Virus record (IMG/VR): IMGVR_UViG_3300046660_000488
Coordinates: 372,001 to 436,000 of that record
Strand: one strand, 5' to 3'
Length of the DNA stretch: 64,000 bases
The position numbers and the translations under genes are program-made. Shown here one piece after another: positions 28,798-39,171 of the stretch (the stretch's first letter is position 1; each line of letters starts with the position of its first letter). The notes beneath the pieces were generated by a model. That model was not told where the DNA came from and did not search any database. It saw only the letters and a program-made list of their open reading frames with translations.

Positions 28798-31700
28798 ATG
28801 GCTAATATCAAGAATTTTGGTATGGTTGGTGTTGGCACTGACGTGCAATTCGGCAAGGGCGGGGCTCGCCTCGTTCAGTCGGAAGGCACATTTGCTGCGA
28901 AGAATGCGACGGGCAATGCCTTCGTTCGCTTCCAAATCGCAGAAGGTGTCGATGCTGGCGATGCTGTCACGGTTCAACAGCTTACGAATGCTGTTTCCAC
29001 CGTCGCCAATGCTTCCACTGCACTCCAGACCGAAATCGACGCCATCGAAACCGGCGCCGGTCTGAACTCGGACGGCACGTACACGGCTCCGGTCGGTTCT
29101 GCCTATCTGGCCAACGCAACCTCGCTGAAGGACGCTTCGGCTCTTCTCGACACCGCTCTGGCTGCTGAAGTCGCTGCTCGCACGGCTGCGGATTCGGCTC
29201 TGTCGAACGCTGTCGCCAACGTCGCGGCCAACGCCACGTCGATGCAATCCGAAATCGACCTGATCGAAACTTCGGTCGGTCTGGGCACGGACGGTTCGCT
29301 GACTCTGGCTGACGGCAACTACCTCGCAGCCGCCAACTCGCTGGTTCAAGCTGTCGAAATCCTCGACGGCGCTATCGGCAACGTTTCGGTCGTCGCCAAC
29401 CTCGCCAACACCAAGGCCGACGCTGCTCAAGCCGACGCCACGCAAGCCCTGTCGGACGCTGCTAACGCCGCTGCTGACGTCGCTCTGCTGGACGGCCGTG
29501 TTGACACGCTGGAAATCACGACCGTTGCTCAAGGCAACTCGATTGTCGCGCTGACCAGCGATCTGGCCAACACCAACGCCAACGCCGTCACCCTGACGGC
29601 TCGCGTCGATGCTCTGGAAAACGACTCGGCCACGGCTAACGCCCTTGCCGAACTGGCTCAAGACATTTCCGACGAAGCCAACGCTCGCGTTGCCGCTGAC
29701 CTCGTTCTGTCGAACGCCATCGTTCAAGAAACCTCGGACCGCGCCAACGCCGTTGCCGCTGAAGCCAACGCTCGTACGCTCGCCGATGGCGTTCTGACGA
29801 CCGCGATTGCTCAGGAAGTTTCGGACCGCGCCAACGCCGTTGCCGCTGAAGCCAATGCCCGTACGCTCGCCGATGGCGTGCTGACGAGCGATCTGGCCAA
29901 CGCTGTCGCCGCACACGACGCTCTGGCCGCCAACGCCATCGTGAAGGACGGTTCGGTCGCTATGACCGGCGCTCTGAACCTCGGCAACAACGTCATCCAT
30001 AACGTCGCCAACCCGGTTGACGATAACGATGCTGCAAACAAGCTGTTCGTCACGACCCTCGTTGGAACTCTGGGCAACGCTTTCAACTACGTTGGATCGC
30101 TGCCGGAAATCTTCGCGACCTTCCCGGTTACCGGTGATGGTTCGCTTGCAACGCCGTACGATCTGTCTGATCTTCCGCCGGAAGGCCAGAACGCCGGTGA
30201 TTACTACAAGGTCACGGAAGAAGGCTACTATCAGGTTGGCGCCAACGCTGCCGTTCTGTTCGAAGAAAACGACGGTCTGGTCTTCAACGCCATCGGTGAC
30301 ATCGACAAGATCGACAACCAATCGTCGGTCGTGTTCGGTACGGCTGGTGAAATCGAAGTTGCTGGTAGCCCGTCCACGGGCTTCACCGTTAGCATCGACG
30401 ACGCTTACACCGCTGCTCGTCAACTGGAAGTCTCCAACGAAGCCAACGCCCGCGCCGCCGCCGACAGCCTGCTGTCGAACGCCATCGTGCAAGAAGCCTC
30501 GGACCGCGCTGCTGCTGACCTGACCCTCTCGAACGCCATCGTTCAAGAAGCGTCGGATCGCGCCAACGCTGTTACGGCTGAAGCCAACGCCCGCACCGCT
30601 GCTGACGCTGTTCTGACCTCGGCTATCGCTCAGGAAGTCTCGGATCGCGCCAACGCTGTTACGGCTGAAGCCAATGCCCGCACGACTGCTGACGCTGCTC
30701 TGACCTCGGCTATCGCCAACACGGACGCCAACGCCGTCACCCTGACGCTGCGCGTTGACGCTCTGGAAGACGAAGTCGCCAACGCTCTGGGTAACACCAC
30801 GGCTCTGGAAGCTCGCGTTGACACTCTGGAAGCCAACTCGGTCGCCTTCGACGCTCACTTCGTTTCGACGGACGCGAACGTTGCGGCTCTGGCCAACACG
30901 GTCGCCAACACGGTCGCCGATATCGCTGACCTGCAAGCTGAAGACGTTCTGATCAACGGCAACGTTTCGACCCTCACGGGCCGCGTTGACGCTGTTGAGA
31001 TCGCTGCTGCTGCTCTGGCCAACGCTGTCGCGAACAACACGGCCAACATCGTCACCCTGCAATCCGACCTGCTCGACCTGCAAGACGAAGTTGACGCCAT
31101 CGAAGCTGGCGCGGGTCTGAACTCGGACGGCACGTACGCTGCGAACGCCACGGCGAACTACATCGCCAACGCGACCTCGCTGGCCGACGCCGACGACCTG
31201 ATCGACGCCGCCATCAAGACGGTCGCCGACGAACTGGCCAACCTGTCGCAAGACACGATCAAGACTGCCGACAGCCTGAACTCCGTTCACGTTGCTGACA
31301 ACTCGGTCGAATTCAAGCTGAACGTCGGCAACGCCGCTCAGTCGGTTGGTACGATCATCGCTGGTCCGGATGCTGACTCCAACTTCCAATTCGATCTCTC
31401 CGCTGCTGGCGAAGTCATTCTGCGCGCCCAAGGCGAGCCGACCGACGTTGACCTGCGTCTGGCTGGTCAGGGTGCTGGTCACGTCATCATCGGCGAAACC
31501 GGCGTTGGTGTGATCCAAGCTGACGATGGCTACGACATGACCGTCGCTGGCGGCGTGGGTGGCGGTAACCTCAACCTGTACGGCTCGACCGTCGTGGTTG
31601 GTGGCGAAGACACCACTGCCGTCGCGAAGTTCAACAGCATCGCCAATGCTACGGCGTTCGCCGAAGTCACCAACGGCACGAACAGCGTCGAATTCAGCGT

Positions 31701-32175
31701 TGATGGCGTCGCCACCAACCTTGACCTCGTGTTCGCTCCGAAGGGTGCTGGCAACGTTAGCGTCTCGAACGCTCGCGTGATGAACCTCGGCAACGCCGTC
31801 GCTTCGACGGACGCTGCTACGCTGGGTCAAGTCGCATCGGCTGTCGCTGCTTCCGAAATCGGCCACGTCAAGACGCTGGTCGCTACGGTAACGGAAACGA
31901 ACGGCACGGTCGATCTGGGTGCAATCACTGGTACGGTCCTGCGCGTTCGCGTGCTGGTCACCGGTGCTTTCGCCACGGGTACGATCACGGTTGGTTCGGC
32001 TGAAGGTTCGGCTAACGAACTGGCAGGCGCTGCTGACATCGACGAAGCCTCGGCCGGTATCTACATCGTGGAAACCGCCAAGGATTACGTCGCTGGCACG
32101 ATCCAAGCCACCGTCGCTGGCGCTACGCCGGGCGTTGGTTCGGCCAAGGTCTACGTCGAATATCTGGTGGGCTAA
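28798..32175 (+). CDS. long Ala/Asn-rich coiled-coil fibre protein D
   Basis: Late motif at 28719; AGGAG RBS; EANARTAAD repeats and DAVT..Q/DAAT..Q neck motifs. Confidence 0.75.
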   Translation: MANIKNFGMVGVGTDVQFGKGGARLVQSEGTFAAKNATGNAFVRFQIAEGVDAGDAVTVQQLTNAVSTVANASTALQTEIDAIETGAGLNSDGTYTAPVGSAYLANATSLKDASALLDTALAAEVAARTAADSALSNAVANVAANATSMQSEIDLIETSVGLGTDGSLTLADGNYLAAANSLVQAVEILDGAIGNVSVVANLANTKADAAQADATQALSDAANAAADVALLDGRVDTLEITTVAQGNSIVALTSDLANTNANAVTLTARVDALENDSATANALAELAQDISDEANARVAADLVLSNAIVQETSDRANAVAAEANARTLADGVLTTAIAQEVSDRANAVAAEANARTLADGVLTSDLANAVAAHDALAANAIVKDGSVAMTGALNLGNNVIHNVANPVDDNDAANKLFVTTLVGTLGNAFNYVGSLPEIFATFPVTGDGSLATPYDLSDLPPEGQNAGDYYKVTEEGYYQVGANAAVLFEENDGLVFNAIGDIDKIDNQSSVVFGTAGEIEVAGSPSTGFTVSIDDAYTAARQLEVSNEANARAAADSLLSNAIVQEASDRAAADLTLSNAIVQEASDRANAVTAEANARTAADAVLTSAIAQEVSDRANAVTAEANARTTADAALTSAIANTDANAVTLTLRVDALEDEVANALGNTTALEARVDTLEANSVAFDAHFVSTDANVAALANTVANTVADIADLQAEDVLINGNVSTLTGRVDAVEIAAAALANAVANNTANIVTLQSDLLDLQDEVDAIEAGAGLNSDGTYAANATANYIANATSLADADDLIDAAIKTVADELANLSQDTIKTADSLNSVHVADNSVEFKLNVGNAAQSVGTIIAGPDADSNFQFDLSAAGEVILRAQGEPTDVDLRLAGQGAGHVIIGETGVGVIQADDGYDMTVAGGVGGGNLNLYGSTVVVGGEDTTAVAKFNSIANATAFAEVTNGTNSVEFSVDGVATNLDLVFAPKGAGNVSVSNARVMNLGNAVASTDAATLGQVASAVAASEIGHVKTLVATVTETNGTVDLGAITGTVLRVRVLVTGAFATGTITVGSAEGSANELAGAADIDEASAGIYIVETAKDYVAGTIQATVAGATPGVGSAKVYVEYLVG
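29660..30720 (+). repeat. two clusters of ~87-bp (29-aa) coiled-coil repeats
   Basis: IVQE.SDRANAV.AEANART.AD..L units on both sides of a globular insert. Confidence 0.75.
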
Positions 32176-32182
32176 CCCACGG

Positions 32183-32208
32183 GAGGGGGACTTCGGTCCC
32201 CCTCTTTT
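32183..32208 (+). terminator. intrinsic terminator, with a second hairpin at 32223-32252
   Basis: GAGGGGGAC-TTCG-GTCCCCCTC-TTTT. Confidence 0.85.
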
Positions 32209-32300
32209 CGACGACAATCATGGAAGGGCGGGGGCTTCGGTTCCCGCCCTTTCTTGTATCCAGATTTTGCCTAAATATTCAATCATCCAGTTGGTGTATC

Positions 32301-32930
32301 ATGAGCGAACCAGTCAACATCCATCGTTATGTCAAGATCGTTGTCAAAGACGAGCTTCCCAAGGAAATCTTGGGTGATTGGTTCCGCGCGGTCAAGAAGA
32401 CTGTCCCGAGCGGCGTCATGACGACGATTCAAACGACGGCCCAAGAAGGCCTGCGCTCGGCCGTGATGGTTCACCGCTCCGGCGGCGAGGACAATGCCTA
32501 CATCATCCCGATGACACGCGACCTGTCGGATGGTGAAATCGAACCGGCTGTCGAGCAATTCTCCAGCCAGCATCCTGATCTCGATTTCGAGATCGAAGTC
32601 TCATCCTCGGAAGTCGCCAATGCCAGCGACAAGCCGAAGGTCGAAATCCCTGACGAAAGCTTCTCCAACCTGTGCGTGGCTTGGGCCAAGAAACAGCACG
32701 AAGACTGGTTCAAGGATCGCACCGACGCCGGGTGGCGCTATGGCATCAACATGAGTGTCAATCAGAAGACGCACCCTCTGCTCCGCCCGTGGCACGAACT
32801 GCCGGACAAGTACCGGAACGTCAACTACGATCAGCCTCAGAACCTGCTCGATCTGCTCAACGATCAGGGTTACGCGGTGATCTCGAAGACCGAACTCGAC
32901 AGCCTGCTGAATCTGGTTCGCGGTCGCTGA
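32301..32930 (+). CDS. RyR-domain protein
   Basis: HEDWFKDRTDAGWRYG...KTHPLLRPWHELP; late motif at 32272. Confidence 0.8.
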   Translation: MSEPVNIHRYVKIVVKDELPKEILGDWFRAVKKTVPSGVMTTIQTTAQEGLRSAVMVHRSGGEDNAYIIPMTRDLSDGEIEPAVEQFSSQHPDLDFEIEVSSSEVANASDKPKVEIPDESFSNLCVAWAKKQHEDWFKDRTDAGWRYGINMSVNQKTHPLLRPWHELPDKYRNVNYDQPQNLLDLLNDQGYAVISKTELDSLLNLVRGR

Positions 32931-32956
32931 TTTTTATTGCCAAGCCTGTATGGTTA

Positions 32957-33238
32957 ATGGATTATCAGTCCATGGCAATCGGACTTATCACAATTTGGCT
33001 GGGTGTGGCGGCGTGGCTTTGGGTCCACTGCAAGCTGACGCTCGACGACGCCGAAAATGTGGAAGATGTCCCCCAGCGCTCAATTCCCGGTGCGCTGCTG
33101 TGGCCGTGGTTCTTTTTGATTTCATTGACCAATTTTTTCATCACGTGGTCTTCGGCCCTCGTGAACCATTTCAAGGCGAAGCTATATGACGAACACGGTG
33201 CAGATCATCGAAGCCCTCGAAGCGACGACGAAACGTAA
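32957..33238 (+). CDS. small membrane protein
   Basis: Two hydrophobic segments with ALLWPWF. Confidence 0.55.
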   Translation: MDYQSMAIGLITIWLGVAAWLWVHCKLTLDDAENVEDVPQRSIPGALLWPWFFLISLTNFFITWSSALVNHFKAKLYDEHGADHRSPRSDDET

Positions 33239-34568
33239 CGAGAAGGAACAAATCCTCACCGCCGCATTTATGGATGGTGAACGAGATTTTTTCACTGCTG
33301 CAAAACTGGCATACGACATTCTGGTCACCTTCGGCGTCAAGAAGGTCGCCGAGATCGATCCGGAAGCTGAAGACGTAGGCGGCGACTATTCGTTCGTGGA
33401 TTTCCTGTCGCTGGCCGCCAAGTTGCGCGCCCGTGAACTGACGGGTCACGCGGCGCGCGACGCGATCCACGAGGCCGCCAACCGCAGCAACGTGAAGACG
33501 TGGAACACGTTCTACCGCCGCATCCTGCTGAAGGATTTCAAGTGCGGCGTGGACACCTCCACGATCAACAAGGTGCTCAAGGCCATCGCCAAGAGCACGC
33601 ACCTCGCGGAAGCGTCCGACTTCATCATCCCGGTGTTCTCGTGCCAGTTGGCCAAGGACGGCGCCGATCCGGACAACGCCAAGCACGTGACCGGCCGCAA
33701 GATGCTGGACATCAAGCTGGACGGCGTCCGTCTGCTGACCGTGCTCGACAAAGAGCAGGGCACGATCACCCAGTACACCCGCAACGGCAAGGTCAACGAG
33801 AATTTCACGGAAATCCGTGAGAGCCTTCAGGCCATGATGGACTACCTGCCGGGCTCGGTGGTTATCGACGGTGAAGTCGTCGCCAAGTCGTTCCAAGACC
33901 TGATGCGTCACGTCAACCGTCGCACGGATGTGGACACGTCTGCCGCCCGGCTGGCCGTGTTCGACATGATCCCGCTGGAAGACTTCCGCGCGGGCATCTG
34001 CACGACGCCGCAGGAAATCCGCCACACGGTTCTGGCCGATCTGGACGCCGAAGGCTTGTTCAAGAAATTCACCAACGGCATCGTCTACGTGATCCCCAAG
34101 GTGACCGTCGATCTGGACACGGTCGAGGGCCAAAAGACCTACGCCGAGTTCAACAAGGCCGCCATCGAAGCGGGCTACGAGGGCGTGATGCTGAAGGACC
34201 CGGACGCGCCGTACGAGACGCGCCGCACCAAGGCGTGGCTGAAGGTCAAGCCGTTCATCGAAGTCAGCCTAACCGTGGTTGGCGTCGAGGTCGGCAAGGA
34301 AGACGGCAAGCGCAAGGGCCTGCTGGGCGCCATCGTCTGTGAGGGCTACGACGACGGCAAGTTCATCAAGTCCAATGTCGGGAGCGGATTCACCGATGCT
34401 CAGGTCAAGGAATACTGGGAAGACCAGTCCTTGGTCATGGGCATGGTGGTCGAGATTCGCGCCGACTGTCTGACCCAAGACGAGGACAGCACCGGCACGA
34501 ACAATTACTCGCTGCGGTTCCCGCGATTCAAGGGCTTCCGGGGTACGGTTCCGGGTGAAAAGCTCTAA
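33186..34568 (+). CDS. lig: ATP-dependent DNA ligase
   Basis: KLDGVR, DGEV, EGVMLK, WLKVKP, SLRFPRF. Confidence 0.95.
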   Translation: MTNTVQIIEALEATTKRNEKEQILTAAFMDGERDFFTAAKLAYDILVTFGVKKVAEIDPEAEDVGGDYSFVDFLSLAAKLRARELTGHAARDAIHEAANRSNVKTWNTFYRRILLKDFKCGVDTSTINKVLKAIAKSTHLAEASDFIIPVFSCQLAKDGADPDNAKHVTGRKMLDIKLDGVRLLTVLDKEQGTITQYTRNGKVNENFTEIRESLQAMMDYLPGSVVIDGEVVAKSFQDLMRHVNRRTDVDTSAARLAVFDMIPLEDFRAGICTTPQEIRHTVLADLDAEGLFKKFTNGIVYVIPKVTVDLDTVEGQKTYAEFNKAAIEAGYEGVMLKDPDAPYETRRTKAWLKVKPFIEVSLTVVGVEVGKEDGKRKGLLGAIVCEGYDDGKFIKSNVGSGFTDAQVKEYWEDQSLVMGMVVEIRADCLTQDEDSTGTNNYSLRFPRFKGFRGTVPGEKL

Positions 34569-34593
34569 CCACACTAGCAGAGAGCGGGGGCTG

Positions 34594-34980
34594 ATGACGC
34601 GCATCACCCCCGCGTTCGACACGCTTGCGTGCGGCTTCGTGCTACGGGACCGCCTGAACAAGATCGGCTATGAGCACTGGTCGCATTTTCTGCCCCGAGA
34701 ATGGACTATCGACCAGTCGCCGCCCTACGCGGTTGTGGTATCCGGCAATCTGTATGAAGCCGAAGAAGTGCTCGTGCGGAACAACGTAGTCCTGAAACCA
34801 TGGACAGCGATCAATTACCAGTGGGAGGTACGGCCCGACATCCAGTTCACGGTCAACGGCGTTCCGCAAGGGCCTGTGAGCTATTTGGATAAGGTAGCGA
34901 TCATCGCATCCAACTTGGAAGACCTCACCAAAATACGACTTTTCACCGACCTCAGCTTTGTTGAAATGCCATATAAATAG
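34594..34980 (+). CDS. hypothetical protein
   Basis: ORF between ligase and hydrolase with a C-terminal EDLTKIRLF motif. Confidence 0.6.
   Translation: MTRITPAFDTLACGFVLRDRLNKIGYEHWSHFLPREWTIDQSPPYAVVVSGNLYEAEEVLVRNNVVLKPWTAINYQWEVRPDIQFTVNGVPQGPVSYLDKVAIIASNLEDLTKIRLFTDLSFVEMPYK
34972..34979 (+). promoter_or_regulatory. T4-type late promoter TATAAATA (core TAAATA recurs at about 19 sites)
   Basis: TAAATA on + at 19169, 21000, 21470, 28719, 32272, 34974, 50099, 50178, 53675, 56876, 61061, 63213 and on - at 3762, 5253, 5965, 16656, 36954, 43176, 44700, each upstream of a gene in GC-rich DNA. Confidence 0.85.
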
Positions 34981-34983
34981 TGT

Positions 34984-35631
34984 ATGCGTATCAACGAACT
35001 ATTCACCGAAGAACATCTTGACGAGGGTATTCGCAAGAGCCTTGGTGCTGCGGTATTGGGTGGAGCGTTGCTTGCAACCCCGGTCGGGCAACTCGCCAAC
35101 GACCAGATCAAAAACTCAGGTCCCGCACCCCGCGACGTAGCTGTGCTCGCCCAGACGATCTGGGCTGAAGCTCGCAGCCATGGCGTTGAGGGCATGAATG
35201 CGGTTGGCCATGTCATCAAGAACCGCGTCGATGCCGACAAGGGCATGTTCGGCCACGGCCTGACTGGCGTGGTCAAGAAAGATAAGCAGTTCTCTTGCTG
35301 GAATGTAGGCGATCCTAACCGCGACCGCGTCAAGGCTATGATGGACATCGAGACTGCGATCCGGAATCAGGAATCTCCGGTAGAAGGCAAAGACTTCAAC
35401 GAGTGGTATGCCAAATTCCAGCAGACTCGGGATTTCACCGACTACAAGGCATGGCGTAATGCGTTCAAGGTTGCTCGCGACATCCTTGACAATCGCTCCA
35501 AAGACCCGACAAACGGCGCGGTCTACTACCATACTACAGGCGTACACCCGTACTGGGCAGACAAGATGATCCCGGTCGGCCAAGTTGCCAGTCATATCTT
35601 CTACCAACTACCTCAAAAGAAGTTGACATAG
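34984..35631 (+). CDS. SleB/CwlJ-type cell wall hydrolase
   Basis: TIWAEARS..GM.AVGHVIKNRV, KQFSCWN, DPTNGAVYYH, HIFY. Confidence 0.9.
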   Translation: MRINELFTEEHLDEGIRKSLGAAVLGGALLATPVGQLANDQIKNSGPAPRDVAVLAQTIWAEARSHGVEGMNAVGHVIKNRVDADKGMFGHGLTGVVKKDKQFSCWNVGDPNRDRVKAMMDIETAIRNQESPVEGKDFNEWYAKFQQTRDFTDYKAWRNAFKVARDILDNRSKDPTNGAVYYHTTGVHPYWADKMIPVGQVASHIFYQLPQKKLT

Positions 35632-35705
35632 CAGACATGCTGTGATCTACGTCCCTCGATCAATGTTAGGCGGCCGGTAGCCGTCCCATTTGGAGAAACG
35701 ATTTC

Positions 35706-36308
35706 ATGGACCATTCGCCTTTCCTCGTCACCCGCGAGCAACGTGTCGCCCTCTACATCGACGGACCCAACCTCCACGCCGCGTTCAAGACCGGCACGTT
35801 CGATGTGGACTACAAGAAGCTTCTCGCGCATTTCGAGGTCGGTGATGAACGCGGACCGTTCTGTCGCCTGATCCGCGCCAATTACTTCACCGCCATCAAC
35901 GACGTCGCCTCGGAATACTCGACGGTCAAGCCGCTCGTGGACTGGCTGAGCGCCAACGGCTACGTGGTGCACACCAAGCCGATCCGAGAAGTCCTGAGCG
36001 GCGACGGAACCCGCAAGCAAGTCCGCGCCAGCGTTGCTCCCGATCTGGCGGCGATGCTGATGCGTGATGCGTTCGCCAAGAACATCGACCACGCCATCAT
36101 CTTCTCGGGCGACGTGGACATGCTCCCGGCCGTCCGCGAAGCTCAGGCCTACGGCGTCCGCGTCACCTGCATGACGTCCAAGCCGAGCATGTCGGTCGAT
36201 CTGCGCGGGCAGGTGGATCGCTTCCTCGACCTGCACGACAAGGACGGCGTGTTCGAGAACCTGATCGGCAAGCCGCCGAACACTCCGGCCAGCCGCCGCC
36301 AAGCCTAA
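35706..36308 (+). CDS. NYN/LabA-domain (PIN-fold) protein
   Basis: YIDGPNL, SGDVD, LR.QVD.F.DL. Confidence 0.85.
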   Translation: MDHSPFLVTREQRVALYIDGPNLHAAFKTGTFDVDYKKLLAHFEVGDERGPFCRLIRANYFTAINDVASEYSTVKPLVDWLSANGYVVHTKPIREVLSGDGTRKQVRASVAPDLAAMLMRDAFAKNIDHAIIFSGDVDMLPAVREAQAYGVRVTCMTSKPSMSVDLRGQVDRFLDLHDKDGVFENLIGKPPNTPASRRQA

Positions 36309-36312
36309 GCGG

Positions 36313-36945
36313 TCAGAGCCACTTCACGGTTGCATCGCCTTCGTGTGCGTGATCCCAAACGAACCACGCGAAGGCGATCATCCCTGAATTCTTCATCTTC
36401 TCGCCGTTCCGCGTCATCGTGAGGCGCTTGGAGAAGACGTAGACGCGCTTCAGGGGCGTAGCCTCGAACATCTTCTTGCGCTTGCCGCCCTCCAGAAACT
36501 GGAGCTTGCAGAGCATCGCGACCTTGCCGCGATTGTCGGCCGTCATTTCCAACGATTTCCAGATGAACTCTTCAGCCAGCTTGAACGGCGGGTTCGTGAT
36601 GATGTTCGTCGGGTTGACCGCGATGTCGTGGGCCGGGAATTCCTTCAGGAAGTCGCGATCTCCAACGCCGTAGTTGCGGTAATTCAGGTCGGTGGATTTG
36701 ACCGTGTGCCCATGCGCTTCCAGCACCCGGCTGATGGCGCCGTCACCGCATGCCGGTTCCCAGATCGAGCCCGTGAAGGTCTCGTGGGCCAGCAAGGCTT
36801 CCGTCGCCTCCGGCGGCGTGGGGTAGAAATCGTCATCCGGTCGGCCAGCAGACGTCCCAACTAGACTTTGCGCGCGCTTGAGCTTGGCGTCGATGGTTTG
36901 GGTAATGAAATGGTCGTAGGCTTCGGGAGGGAGTTCGTCATTCAT
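36313..36945 (-). CDS. orphan amino-DNA methyltransferase
   Basis: DFYPTP, WEPACGDG, ITNPPF. Confidence 0.88.
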   Translation of the reverse strand: MNDELPPEAYDHFITQTIDAKLKRAQSLVGTSAGRPDDDFYPTPPEATEALLAHETFTGSIWEPACGDGAISRVLEAHGHTVKSTDLNYRNYGVGDRDFLKEFPAHDIAVNPTNIITNPPFKLAEEFIWKSLEMTADNRGKVAMLCKLQFLEGGKRKKMFEATPLKRVYVFSKRLTMTRNGEKMKNSGMIAFAWFVWDHAHEGDATVKWL

Positions 36946-36975
36946 GATGACGGTATTTAGTGCCGACTTTATTCT

Positions 36976-38496
36976 TTACTTGCTGTCAATCATTTTCTCA
37001 AGCATCGCGCTGACGCGACCAAGAACGACCTTCTCCCAGCTTTCACCGTCTTGCTGGTGGATGATGTGCATGGTCGGATACCACGGAGAATCGTCCCGAT
37101 TATCGAGCCAGCGCCAGCAGCCGTCAAACCGCGACAGCATCCACACCGGCTTACCCAGCGCACCCGCGAGGTGAGCCCCGGCCGTGTCCACGGTGATCAG
37201 CAAGTCCAGCCCGGCGATCCATTTGGCGGCGTACAGGAAGTCGCAGTCCGGCCCGGCCAGCACGTTCTGGAAATAGTGGTCTTGGTCGTCCGGGTCGTAT
37301 TGCAGGTTGACGAAGTCGATCTGGCGTTCGAGGCCGAGCATGAGGTTAAGCATCGTCCCTTTGGGGATCGAGCGTTTCTCGTCGATGGCCTGAAGCTCGG
37401 GGTTGCCCGGCCGCGCTTGCCCCGCCCAGATCAGCCCGACGCGCAGCTTGTGGCCGTCTCCATTCACCACGTCGGGAACGCTGAGGTACGGCGCCGGAGG
37501 TATGGACTTGAGGGTCGTGTTGAACAGGCGCGGCGCGCTCAGCATCGGCAACTCGAAATCGTAGTCGCCGACCTCGTCGCGGCTGGTGACCACCGGCAGA
37601 CCAAGGGTCTCGAACAAGGCCTTCAGCGTCCACGGCACGAGGATCGTCACCTTCCCGGCGTGCTCGGCCAGCAGCGGCGCGTAGCGAACAAACTGGATGC
37701 TGTCGCCGAAGCCTTGTTCGTGGCAGAACAGAACGTGCTTGTCCTTCGCGTCGGCGAGCGACGGCAGGAACGGCTTGACGAATTCCGTGCGGCTATTGGC
37801 CGACATCGCGCATTCCCAGCGGCGCTCGTAAAGCTCCCAGCCTTCCCCGAAATGGCCGAAGCGCAGGCGGTGGGTAGCCCGGTTGAAGTCAAGCTCGGGA
37901 CTGTTGATCGGAAGCTTGGCCAGACTGTCGAACATCTGGAGCGCGGTTTTGTACTCGCCCCGGTCGGAGTGGGTCACGGCCCGGTTCAGATTGATCCGCA
38001 CGAAGGCGTCGAGATTGCCTGAGCCCAAGACGGTCAGGGCATGCTCGTAGCCTTCCAGCGCCGCGTCCAGATAACCGAGCCGCCGCTGGGCGTTGGCATG
38101 GTGGAAAGCGTATTCCCAGTTTTCGGGCTCGCGGTTGGTGGCGACGTGGTAGTGCTCTTCGGCGCCGTGCAGGTGGCCGAGCGCCGAACGGACGTGGCCG
38201 ATCATGAAATTGACCGCCGGATGGTCCGGGCATTCCTCGTCGGCCGCGTCGATCAGCGATTCCGCCAGTTTCAATTGGCCAGCGTCGAGCAGCGCCGACA
38301 TGCTGTTGCAGAACCACGCTGGTGCGGGAGATACGGACACGGCCGCCAGCAGCAGGGTGAAGGCCTCGTCATACCGCCCGAGCGCCACGAGGGACAGGCC
38401 GGTCACGTGCATGGTCTCGGCGGCAGACGCACCAGCCTGAAGCACGGCGTCGTGCCGACCGGCGAAATAGTCCTGCCAAACTGGATTGGTACTCAT
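36976..38496 (-). CDS. TPR protein fused to a GT9-like glycosyltransferase
   Basis: TPRs, then EQGFGDSIQFVRY, VGLIWAG, LDLLITVDT..AHLAGALG, WRW...SPWYPT. Confidence 0.88.
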   Translation of the reverse strand: MSTNPVWQDYFAGRHDAVLQAGASAAETMHVTGLSLVALGRYDEAFTLLLAAVSVSPAPAWFCNSMSALLDAGQLKLAESLIDAADEECPDHPAVNFMIGHVRSALGHLHGAEEHYHVATNREPENWEYAFHHANAQRRLGYLDAALEGYEHALTVLGSGNLDAFVRINLNRAVTHSDRGEYKTALQMFDSLAKLPINSPELDFNRATHRLRFGHFGEGWELYERRWECAMSANSRTEFVKPFLPSLADAKDKHVLFCHEQGFGDSIQFVRYAPLLAEHAGKVTILVPWTLKALFETLGLPVVTSRDEVGDYDFELPMLSAPRLFNTTLKSIPPAPYLSVPDVVNGDGHKLRVGLIWAGQARPGNPELQAIDEKRSIPKGTMLNLMLGLERQIDFVNLQYDPDDQDHYFQNVLAGPDCDFLYAAKWIAGLDLLITVDTAGAHLAGALGKPVWMLSRFDGCWRWLDNRDDSPWYPTMHIIHQQDGESWEKVVLGRVSAMLEKMIDSK

Positions 38497-38526
38497 CCGC
38501 GCATTTTAGCGCAGAGGGAGTCTGGT

Positions 38527-38769
38527 TTACCAGACCTTTTTGTCCTTGACGCATTTCGGGCAGAATTGGCGGTCGTCGCGCTTGCTGATCTTCCAGCCGC
38601 GCGCTTGGACCTGCCCGACGCATTCGCGTTCGGTCTGTCCGGTGGCTTGCGCGAAACCGCCGCTGCGGTCGCCGGGGGTGATGGCCGAGCACACGAACAG
38701 GCTCTCGCCGCCGGATGACTCCGTGCTGTTGGTGCAGTAGACGTCGATGGAGTAGCAGCCGACCAGCAT
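38527..38769 (-). CDS. small Zn-finger-like protein
   Basis: ARGW.......FCPKC; coupled to the upstream ORF. Confidence 0.65.
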   Translation of the reverse strand: MLVGCYSIDVYCTNSTESSGGESLFVCSAITPGDRSGGFAQATGQTERECVGQVQARGWKISKRDDRQFCPKCVKDKKVW

Positions 38770-39143
38770 TAGATCAAACGCTCCCCAACCAGCAGCAGGG
38801 CATCTTCCCGCGCTTCTTCGATCTCAGCGTCGGACCACGTGACCTTGCCGGTGATTTCGCAGTCGCCCACGCGCCAGATCACGCCGCAGACGCCCGAACC
38901 GGTGACGTACTGGGCTTCCTCGCGGGTGCACCACACCAGACGTTTCTTGTCCGGGCCGTGGCGACCGTTGCCAGATTGCTCGTCTTCGAGCCAGATTTCG
39001 TAGGAGAAGCGCTCCAAGAACGGAGCGTCGGCGGCAGGCGCGACCAGATCGGGCAGGGCCTTCATCCAGCCGCTAACCCGGTACGTGCCCGACAGGCTTT
39101 CCGAGTTGGTGGAGCGGATGATGTCGCCTACGTCCGGGGCCAT
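38769..39143 (-). CDS. hypothetical early protein
   Basis: AGGAG RBS; promoter at 39172-39199. Confidence 0.7.
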   Translation of the reverse strand: MAPDVGDIIRSTNSESLSGTYRVSGWMKALPDLVAPAADAPFLERFSYEIWLEDEQSGNGRHGPDKKRLVWCTREEAQYVTGSGVCGVIWRVGDCEITGKVTWSDAEIEEAREDALLLVGERLI

Positions 39144-39171
39144 GTGGTCTCCTGTCGCCGTTGAGAAGTGC

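Noticed and set aside
23445-32217. Very long antisense ORFs (1621 aa, 1142 aa; also 50213-53197 and 40176-42860)
   Set aside because: They are in-register shadows of strongly codon-biased genes, with no RBS or recognisable motifs.
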